64,000 nt of DNA from Antedon mediterranea (taxonomy: Eukaryota; Animalia; Echinodermata), in the NCBI RefSeq assembly GCF_964355755.1, contig NC_092680.1, forward strand, positions 5,022,001 through 5,086,000, read 5' to 3'. The position numbers and the translations under genes were made by a program. Shown here in pieces: positions 13,501 through 58,306 of the stretch (its first letter is position 1; each line of letters begins with the position of its first letter). The notes beneath the pieces are model-generated. The model did not search any database and was not told where the DNA came from. It saw only the letters and a program-made list of their open reading frames with translations.

Positions 13501-16500
13501 AAAATAAAAGGGTCGAAAATCGGTCATCTTTCGAAAATTTCCCTGTACTATAGTACAGGGATTTGTCAAAAAATGGCAAATTTGCGACCTTTTTATTTTT
13601 CGATAAAACTGGTTACTATAGCACAATTGGCATTCGCAGAACCCATTATTCGTCTCTGCGCATGTTTATTATGCAATAGTAACTATTTATGACAAAACTG
13701 GTTACCATAGCACAATTGACATGCGCAGAACCCATTATTCGTCTCTGCGCATGTTTATTATGCAATAGTAACCATTTATGTCAAAAAATAAAAGGGTCGA
13801 AAATCAGCCATTTTTCGAATTTTTTCCTGTACTATAGTACAGGGATTTTTCAAAAAATGGCAAATTTTCGACCCTTTTATTTTTCGATAAAACTGGTTAC
13901 TATAGCACGATTGACATGCGCAGAACCCATTAGTCGTCTCTGCGCATGTTTATTATGCAATAGTAACCATTTATGTCAAAACTGGTTACCATAGCACAAT
14001 TGACATGCGCAGAACCCATTATTCGTCTCTGCGCATGTTTATTATGCAATAGTAACCATTTATGTCAAAAATAAAAGGGTCGAAAATCGGCCATTTTTCG
14101 AACATTTTCCTGTACTATAGTACAGGGATTTGTCAAAAAATGGCAAATTTTCGACCTTTTTATTTTTCGATAAAACTGGTTACTATAACACAATTGACAT
14201 GCGCAGAACCCATTATTCGCCTCTGCGCATGTTTATTATGCAATAGTAACCATTTATGTCAAAAATAAAAGGGTCGAAAATCGGCCATTTTTCGAACATT
14301 TTCCTGTACTATATAATAGTACAGGGATTTGTCAAAAAATGGCAAATTTTCGACCTTTTTATTTTTCGATAAAACTGGTTACTATAACACAATTGACATG
14401 CGCAGAACCCATTATTCGCCTCTGCGCATGTTTATTATGCAATAGTAACCATTTATGTCAAAAAATAAAAGGGTCGAAAATCGGTCATTTTTCGAAAATT
14501 TTCCTGTACTATAGTACAGGGATTTTTAAAAAAATGGCAAATTTTTGACCTTTTTATTTTTCGATAATACTGCTTACTATAGCACAATTGACATTCGCAG
14601 AACCAATTATTCGTCTCTGCGCATCTTTATTATGCAATAGTTACTATTTATGTCAAAACTGGTTACCATAGCACAATTGACATGCGCAGAACCCATTATT
14701 CGCCTCTGCGCATGTTTATTATGCAATAGTAACCATTTATGTCAAAAAATAAAAGGGTCGAAAATCGGTCATCTTTCGAAAATTTCCCTGTACTACAGTA
14801 CAGGGATTTGTCAAAAAATGTCAAATTTTCGACCTTTTTATTTTTCGATAAAACTGGTTACTATAGCACAATTGACATACGCAGAACCCATTATTCGCCT
14901 CTGCGCATGTTTATTATGCAATAGTAACCATTTATGTCAAAAAATAAAAGGGTCGAAAATCGGTCATTTTTCGAAAATTTTCCTCTACTATAGTACAGGG
15001 ATTTTTAAAAAAATGGCAAATTTTTGACCTTTTTATTTTTCGATAAAACTGCTTACTATAGCACAATTGACATTCGCAGAACCCATTATTCGTCTCTGCG
15101 CATGTTTATTATGCAATAGTAACTATTTATGTCAAAACTGGTTACCATAGCACAATTGACATGCGCAGAACCCATTATTCGTCTCTGCGCATGTTTATTA
15201 TGCAATAGTAACCATTTATGTCAAAAAATAAAAGGGTCGAAAATTAGCCATTTTTCGAATTTTTTCCTGTACTATAGTACAGGGATTTTTTAAAAAATGG
15301 CAAATTTTCGACCCTTTTATTTTTCGATAAAACTGGGGACTATAGCACAATTGACATTCGCAGAACCCATTATTCGTCTCTGCGCATGTTTATTATGCAA
15401 TAGTAACTATTTATGTCAAAACTGGTTACCATAGCACAATTGACATGCGCAGAACCCATTATTCGTCTCTGCGCATGTTTATTATGCAATAGTAACCATT
15501 TATGTCAAAAAATAAAAGGGTCGAAAATCAGCCATTTTTCGAATTTTTTCCTGTACTATAGTACAGAGATTTTTCAAAAAAATGGCAAATTTTCGACCCT
15601 TTTATTTTTCGATAAAACTGGTTACTATAGCACGATTGACATGCGCAGAACCCATTAGTCGTCTCTGCGCATGTTTATTATGCAATAGTAACCATTTATG
15701 TCAAAACTGGTTACCATAGCACAATTGACATGCGCAGAACCCATTATTCGTCTCTGCACATGTTTATTATGCAATAGTAACCATTTATGTCAAAAATAAA
15801 AGGGTCGAAAATCGGCCATTTTTCTAACATTTTCCTGTACTATAGTACAGGGATTTTTCAAAAAATGGCAAATTTTCGACCTTTTTATTTTACGATAAAA
15901 CTGGTTACTATAGCACAATTGACATGCGCAGAACCCATTATTCGCCTCTGCGCATGTTTATTATGCAATAGTAACCATTTATGTCAAAAAATAAAAGGGT
16001 CGAAAATCGGTCATCTTTCGAAAATTTCCCTGTACTATAGTACAGGGATTTGTCAAAAAATGGCAAATTTGCGACCTTTTTATTTTTCGATAAAACTGGT
16101 TACTATAGCACAATTGACATTCGCAGAACCCATTATTCGTCTCTGCGCATGTTTATTATGCAATAGTAACTATTTATGACAAAACTGGTTACCATAGCAC
16201 AATTGACATGCGCAGAACCCATTATTCGTCTCTGCACATGTTTATTATGCAATAGTAACCATTTATGTCAAAAATAAAAGGGTCGAAAATCGGCCATTTT
16301 TCTAACATTTTTCTGTACTATACAGGGATTTTTCAAAAAAATGGCAAATTTTCGACCTTTTTATTTTACGATAAAACTGGTTACTATAGCACAATTGACA
16401 TGCGCAGAACCCATTATTCGCCTCTGCGCATGTTTATTATGCAATAGTAACCATTTATGTCAAAAAATAAAAGGGTCGAAAATCGGTCATCTTTCGAAAA

Positions 16501-18260
16501 TTTCCCTGTACTATAGTACAGGGATTTTTCAAAAAATGGCAAATTTGCGACCTTTTTATTTTTCGATAAAACTGGTTACTATAGCAACATTGACATGCGC
16601 AGAACCCATTATTCACCCTCTGCGCATGTTTATTATGCAATAGTAACTATTTATGTCAAAACTGGTTACCATAGCACAATTGACATGCGCAGAACCCATT
16701 ATTCGTCTCTGCGCATGTTTATTATTATGCAATAGTAACCATTTATGTCAAAAAATAAAAGGGTCGAAAATCGGCCATTTTTCGAAATTTTTCCTGTACT
16801 ACAGTACAGGGATTTTTCAAAAAATGGCAAATTTTCAACCTTTTTATTTTTCGATAAAACTGGTTACTATAGCACAATTGACATGCGCAGAACCTATTAT
16901 TCGTCTCTGCGCATGTTTATTATGCAATAGTAACCATTTATGTCAAAACTCGTTACCATAGCACAATTGACATGCGCAGAACCCATTATTCGTCTCTGCG
17001 CATGTTTATTATGCAACAGTAACCATTTATGTCAAAAATAAAAGGGTCGAAAATCGGTCATCTTTCGAAAATTTTCCTGTACAGGGATTTTTCAAAAAAT
17101 GGCAAATTTTTGACCTTTTTATTTTTTGAGAAAACTGGTTACTATAGTACAATTGACATGCGCAGAACCCATTATTCGTCTCTGCGCATGTTTATTATGC
17201 AATAGTAACCATTTATGTCAAAACTGGTTACCATAGCACAATTGACATGCGCAGAACCCATTATTCGTCTCTGCGCATGTTTATTATGCAATAGTAACCA
17301 TTTATGTAAAAAATAAAAGGGTCGAAAATGGGCCATTTTTCGAACATTTTCCTGTACAGGGATTTTTCAAAAAATGGCAAATTTTTGACCTTTTTATTTT
17401 TCGATAAAACTGGTTACTATAGTACAATTGACATGCGCAGAACCCATTATTCGCCTCTGCGCATGTTTATTATACAATAGTAACCATTTATGTCAAAAAA
17501 TAAAAGGGTCGAAAATCGGTCATTTTTCGAAAATTTTCCTGTACTTAACCATTTATGTCAAAACTGATTACCATAGCACAATTGACAGTTCAGGGATTTT
17601 TTCAAAAAATGGCCGATTTTCGACCTTTTTATTTTTCAATAAAACTGGTTTATAGATAGCACAATTGACATGCGCAGAACCCATTATTCGCCTCTGTGCA
17701 TTTTTATTATGCAATAGTAACCATTTATGTCAAAAGTGGTTACTATAGCCCAATTGACATGCGCAGAACCCATTATTCGACTCTGCGCATGTTTTTTTTT
17801 TAAACAAAAATTGGCACAATGTATACTTTTTAAAATTCAATAATTATGCGATAATATTGCCATATGTGCACATATATTGTGTTATCATCTTAAGTGAAAA
17901 AATAAAAGAGTCGAAATTTCGCTATTTTTTCGAAAATTTACCTGTACTATAGTATAGTAGGAATTTTTTCGAAAAATGGTCAAAATAGACCCATAGTAAC
18001 TAGATATTTCAAAAAATAAAACGGTCAAATTTAGCCAAAATTTCTTCCTTTCTAATTTTCGACATTTGGTTACTATATCATAAATGACATGCACAGAACA
18101 TATATTATGATTCTGCGCATGTCAATTATGTTATAGTAACCAGTTATGTCAAAAAATGAAAGGGTTGAAATATAGCCATTTTTCGAAAATTTGCCAAATT
18201 TCCTCCCTTAAAATTTTTTGACATAACTGAAATCTATAACATAATTGACATGCTCAGTAG
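10560..18260. repeat. Composite tandem satellite of two palindromic modules (A 89 bp, B ~106 bp; AB = 195 bp, AAB = 284 bp)
   Basis: A: aaactggttac(t/c)atagcacaattgacatgcgcagaacccattattcg(c/t)ctctgcgcatgtttattatgcaatagtaaccatttatgtca. B: aaaaataaaagggtcgaaaatcggccatttttcgaaaattttcctgtactatagtacagggatttttcaaaaaatggcaaattttcgacctttttatttttcgata. Homogeneous from ~10740 to 17790, degenerate at both edges. Confidence 0.97.
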
Positions 18261-18308
18261 AAATAGTTCAAACTGATATTTCAAAGTACAGTAATATAAA
18301 AGATTCTT

Positions 18309-18314
18309 TTTATT
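18309..18314 (-). terminator. Candidate ATR polyadenylation signal AATAAA
   Basis: tttatt on the plus strand ~140 nt downstream of the ATR stop; such hexamers are common in AT-rich DNA. Confidence 0.4.
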
Positions 18315-18450
18315 TGAAGTAGGCCATACCTCCTCTTCTTGTTCTTTTCCTACTCAGAGTCTTAGTACAACAGAAGTAGTTAGTTGTTAAAGTTGTGCTG
18401 CTTTTAGGGTAGTAGGCTGTTGGTACTACTGATTGATATATTCTGATTTC

Positions 18451-52538
<34,088 letters not shown>

Positions 52539-54549
52539 GCAATATCTATTACGTCTGTGAGAAAACATGAGGAAAAAAACATAACTAGGCCTGGACACTG
52601 TACTGTTGAGTAGCTTGGTTAATATTAGAAATAACCATTGCCTAGCCTAGTTAGATGATGGATATTTTATTTTGAATAACATAATACATAAACAGTTTAC
52701 ATTCTTCTGGCAGACAACTACAGTACAGTATGAGTAGGCCTAGAAGCGGCACTACTTTTCCAGTACACCAGTCGATTTTATAAAACATGATTGATCGTCC
52801 AATAAATAAATTTAATAAGGCCTCTCTATACTACTAGCCTGATAATAAGCTAGTTAAAGTTACGTAGCCTAGGCCGAATACAGGTCAACCCGTACCCAAA
52901 TTTTGGCTTACTCGTACCCAACATTTTTCCTCACCCGTACCCATCATTGGCTGACTGGGTGGGCCTGGCGGGGCCTGCTTAACCTTTTGGCCTATAGGCT
53001 AGCTACCTAGGGCCTAGGCCTAGCCTAATAAAAATAAAGATATATAGCCTAATAGCATATACTACTAGGATAGGCCTAGTTTACTCTCCGTATTATTAAA
53101 TGTACTCTTAATAATGGCCCTTACTCTTCATTAAAAAAAGAAAACACAGATTAAAGTTCGCGCGACACCCGATTTATTACTTTGCATGCTAGCTAGGGTT
53201 TTCCTCGGTTTTTTGATGTAATGCACAAATGTTATGTCGTGCAAAAAGCGTCAACTATTGTTAGAATGCGTCAATAATTGCCTTACGTACGTTACTCTAT
53301 TCATCTAGTTTTATAGCACAATTTTCCAACATGCACTTAATATTAATTTGTGTAGTACAGTACAGTATATGTTTTTTAATAAATCTGTATCTGTATCTGT
53401 AATAAGTTTTTTTTTCTGCAAATTTAACTCCGATAAGTAAAATCGTACAACTCCTCCTTTAAGACACCATATTCAGAAGGGAGACCCTATTTATATTAGG
53501 GGAGACCCTTGATGAATGAGGGGAAATGTTTGTTTTAATAATAATATTCCCTATTCCACCAGGAAAACCTCGCTGGCGTCCCTTAATAAGATGTATTTTT
53601 ATGTATATTTTTTATGTTGACATTTATATAGTAAAATATTGCATTATGGTGTGTGGATATTTTAGAAAACAATAAAGACAAAACAAATTGACATAATAAT
53701 TAAGAATCTTGAATATACTTTATTTCTGAATGAAACAAACTGAAAACACAATAGATTATAAAATCTTTGGTGAGAGAAGGTGGAAACGTGGACGAGAAAG
53801 AACCCTCAAATCCAATATGAAAGGCACACATATAGAAAATGTTAATAAGTTAGATCACAAATATCATGAATTAAGAAAGTTCATTATTAAAACATTACAA
53901 AATGACTTCCAAGCACTAATGGAAAAGATAAGAAAGGATCTGGCGGAGGACTAGGTTTTCTACAGACAGGAGCTATGTCATAACAACAACTTTCTAATGG
54001 AAAAATAAATGGATCTGCCAGGGGCTTTCTATGTGTCATAGTTAAAACTTTCTAAAATTTTTCTCAGAGTTATTCAACATTTTAACATTGAAGACTTCTA
54101 TGTTGTAGGAAATGAGTACATTAATTATATTAGGAAAGAGTTAAATTTCACTCTTTCCTGATAAGATTTTAGTCCATTTTCTGAACTGTACCATAATGGA
54201 ATAATACACACTTGTGCTCATCATGCTAACACCATCAAATATACAATTTCTTCCAAGCTAAAACCTAAAACCATTCTAAAATAATTATGTCTTGCATGTA
54301 TACAACCAAATTTACAAAACTTTACTAGTTTATACAAGTTTAGATTTCTAGAAATTTATGCTAGTATAACACTCAACTATTGATGATAACTTCAAGTTTG
54401 TCGCAAAAAGTCCTGAATAATTAAACAATATTTCTTCATAAAATAATATAATATTGAAAGCACTGTAGGTAAATTAAATTATGATTGGTACTGGCAAAAT
54501 GATTATTAAAATATTATATTTTAAATATTGGTCCATATTGAGTAATAAC

Positions 54550-54552
<3 letters not shown>

Positions 54553-54586
<34 letters not shown>
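54553..54586. repeat. (TA)n microsatellite (shorter ones at ~2462, 23178, 55521, 59358)
   Basis: Direct reading. Confidence 0.95.
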
Positions 54587-54591
<5 letters not shown>

Positions 54592-56143
54592 CGAAAATAA
54601 CGCAACTAAAGGCCCATTTACACTAGGAAGATAATGATCAACGATAAATATTAAATTAAATTCTTGTTGATCTCTATCTTTGACAGACTATTAATATATG
54701 TTTGAAAAAATCTTGGATACACCCCTGCGAATAAACACTACTACATAGTCGTACCACAAACATAACTTTACTAATGTCTTTAATTCTGTAGAAATTATAA
54801 TTAAGTCTTACATAGTTATACAAACATACAAATTTATCAAAGGTTGTAGTATATGTGCCAATCCCCACATAATCATATTTTAATTGATACTGTACACATA
54901 AACATCATTTAAAATTAAAGTTGATTTGTTAATTTTATTTGCAAAGCAAATCTCACTTTTTTTTCATATAGTTCAGTTTAAATACAGGTATTTTTAAATA
55001 TATTATTATGACTTAATAATTAATATTAATAATCTTTTGACATAATTCCAACCTCACACACAACTTAGTTTTTTTTTTCCGTTTATCTTTTGAAAAACAA
55101 AAGATTTCTATCCAATTATTATTCATCTATTACAGATTCATTAAATAAAACATTTGAAAAAAAAACAAAATAAACATTTTTGTTTAATTCATTAATTATA
55201 TTTTTACTTTTATATTTGCCCTGATAATTTAAATTAGAAGTTATATTTAATTTCATGATTTGTTTAGCTTTTTATAAACACACATATTTGTTAGGAAAAG
55301 ATAACATCTTTTAAAATATGATGACCAAATTCATACAGTAAAATTAGATGCTTTAGTAGAATCTTTCTACTATAGACTATTTAACTTTTAATCCCTTTTA
55401 CCACTTTATCAACATCAAAGTACCCTTTCAATTTTGGGAGAGAGGCAACATAAAATGTATAAAAACAAATATCAATTATATACGGTAATAACAAAAAACC
55501 TGTGCGTATAAACGAAAAAGTATATATATATATATACAATATAATCTCGTATCTCAGCATCCTTTTTTATGAATATTTTAAGGATAAATCATTAATTGCA
55601 CTTTTAACAACTATGAGAGTTTTCACACAACACCACACTTTGAATCAAATAATATAAGAAATGTGTGCATTCAGTTAAAAAAAAGGTTTATCTAAAACCC
55701 ATACAAGGTTAGATCATAAACTATTATATTACTTAATAACAAACAACGTTTGCTAATAATAATAAAAAAAATGAATAAATTATGTATGTATGAAAACATA
55801 TTTTGGAATGTAATTGTTTTTTATTAATTGGTTAATATTTAGTTTAAAATAGCAGTAATACAAAAAATATAAGAAACACATCTTTTATAAAGTATAAGAA
55901 CTTATAATAATATTATACAAATAAAGTCATACTTTCCATAAACCCAAGTTTATAAAAGAATAGAAATGACAAGGCTAAGTAATTTTAAAAATTGAAACGT
56001 CATTGTATTCTAAATGCTACACTGGAACTTTACAATAAGGATCTTTCAATTTGCAACCAACTACTACAGTACTAGGACCAAATGACCTAACTTGTCATCG
56101 CAAATTAAAGCTACCTAATACCCTATTGAACATACCCTTTACC

Positions 56144-56271
56144 CAATGGCGTAACGGCTATAAGCACTCACTGGCTAAACCCAGGAGACCTATAGCTTAA
56201 GGGGCTCCAGAGCAACCCCAATGCAACTACCCAGTGTTGGAGGGCCTTTCCTACCAGGCGTTACGCCACTG
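56144..56271. mobile_element. hAT-like MITE
   Basis: TIR caatggcgtaacg / cgttacgccactg; flanking 8-mers cctttacc and gctttact match at 6/8. Confidence 0.65.
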
Positions 56272-58306
56272 GCTTTACTCAACAAACTACAATGACTAAC
56301 TAGGTATGAACAAAAAGAAGAAACAACACACTAAAATAATAATAATTAAATCTAAAAATAAACATATTTCAGTGCACATATTATATATTTAAAACCACCT
56401 ATTGTATTGAATACAAAATATTCATTAATGTGTTTTATTTGTTTATATATATTCAGCTATGATATTATAATAATTATGAGGCTTATTCTTATTAAAAATA
56501 TATTTATCTTAATATACATTGCTATATGTAAATATAATATTTACCAAATATATAAATATAATTTACAGACAAAAGGTGGTTAATTTGCTGTATAATATTA
56601 GTTACCAATATTGTAAAGGTCTATAATATTTATATATATTATTTGGCAAATTGTACAGTTTTAATTGATTATAATATAATTGGTTATATACTATGCTTAA
56701 ATGTATTTATACTTTAACATGAAAGACAGTCAATTCTAAATTGACCAGAAGCAAAATCACATTTTAGAATTTTAAATATTATGAAATTTTACTGATACTA
56801 TGGGTATTCAGGCATAACCTATAAATGATGTGAGAGAGACCAAACACATCCAGATTTGATTTGTTTCTTAACAAAATATCATTTTCTAAATAACAAAGAA
56901 CCAATATTGAGTCAATTTTATTGGTTTCAAATAATTTAAAGATAGTTAGTACCTAACTGAAATCTACAGAGACCTCAAGGATCTCAGTTCTCTAGAAATC
57001 TTGAAAACAGATACTCCCCACTAAAACCTCTCAATATTGCATATCTGTTTTCATGAAATCTTGAAAACAGATATTCCCCTCTAAAATATACAATATACAC
57101 ATTATTGAGAAGTTTTAATGAAGGTCTCTGTTTCGCAACACCTGCTGATGGTTTTATTCTCACAATTTCTATTATATATTTTCATAAAAAGGCACCTTTA
57201 ATATAGTAAGCAAAAATGGTTTCCAAATGTTTATACAAAGTTGTAAAGATTTAATTTCATGCTCAATAATATTTATTGAATACAATTACTGTATTGTGTT
57301 TTATACAATAAGTGATAACAGCTTGTTTATGATTCCAAATATTCAGAAAAACATAAATTAACTCCAAACAATGAGATTGAAGTTAATTGATTTAAAAATC
57401 AAAGCATTGAATCATAATAACCTTCCCATCATTTTAAGTCAATTTAATCTTAAGAAAGATGCACTTAAAAATTATTAGAGGAAGAATGATTATATACTTA
57501 AGTGATTGTGTAGGGACATTTGAATCAAAATTACATTATGTCAAATCCATGTTTACTGTTGTACTTTATGAATATGATGGGCGTGGAGTGGAGTGATGGA
57601 AGTAGAAAAGGGGTAAGGCTTTGGCATCTGAGGTAAGACGGCTATAGGCATGCAAACAACCTTGAATACAAACAGTACAGTATTCCAAGTTCTTAGTCTC
57701 AACAGATCTGAATTCAATACAAAGTTGTAACATTTCAAATATCTAATGCCCTTTTCCATCAACGAGGTCAGGTCATAGTTCAACCTGAGGTAGACTATTA
57801 TGAGTTGACTGGAAAGATATTTTTTTACTGTTACTCACTAGATAGCAAATGGATACATTTTCTAAGGTGGGTTTTGTTAGATACCATGTGAAAATAAAAA
57901 AAAAATCTATTTTTTTTAACAATTGAAAGCTCTTTGAAACTAGTCTACCAATGAGGTAATAACTGTAAGTAAAATACAATATGCTAGCTCCTTGCAACAT
58001 CTGTAACATGTGACTGTTTCTGCATCGCTACTGTGTCAATGTTTTCTCTTAATAGCAAGGTCATGAGTACAAAATTTGTGTTCATCCAACGGTTTTCAAA
58101 CAATGAATACAGAATTATTCTTTGAAAACATCTTTGCAAACAGTCAATAAAAAATTGATGAACTTGTATTTGTCTTAGATCTGCATGATGACGCCAACAA
58201 AAAACTCACAATAAGCTACAGCTAAACTCCCTAGCTAGGTTGAAGACAGCCATGGAAGCATTCTTTAAATCAAGGTGTTTATATAGGCTCCTAAGCAGGT
58301 TTTGTG

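Noticed and set aside
10820-17655. Many Cys-rich ORFs (KLVTIAQLTCAEPIIRLCACLLCNSNHLCQ...) suggesting a repeat protein
   Set aside because: By-product of a 195 bp (65-codon) unit with one stop-free frame. The 89 bp A doublets and homopolymer indels shift frame repeatedly, and the DNA symmetry explains the sequence.
10740-17790. CRISPR-like array of palindromic repeats
   Set aside because: No unique spacers (both modules are repeated), units too long, no cas genes, eukaryotic context.
53730-53954. 74 aa plus-strand ORF upstream of ATR
   Set aside because: No recognisable domain or convincing splice partners; partly locally duplicated sequence; cannot be supported without expression data.
57573-57630. 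C/D snoRNA-like ATGATG...CTGA
   Set aside because: Box C is imperfect, there is no terminal stem, and it is not in a sense-strand intron.
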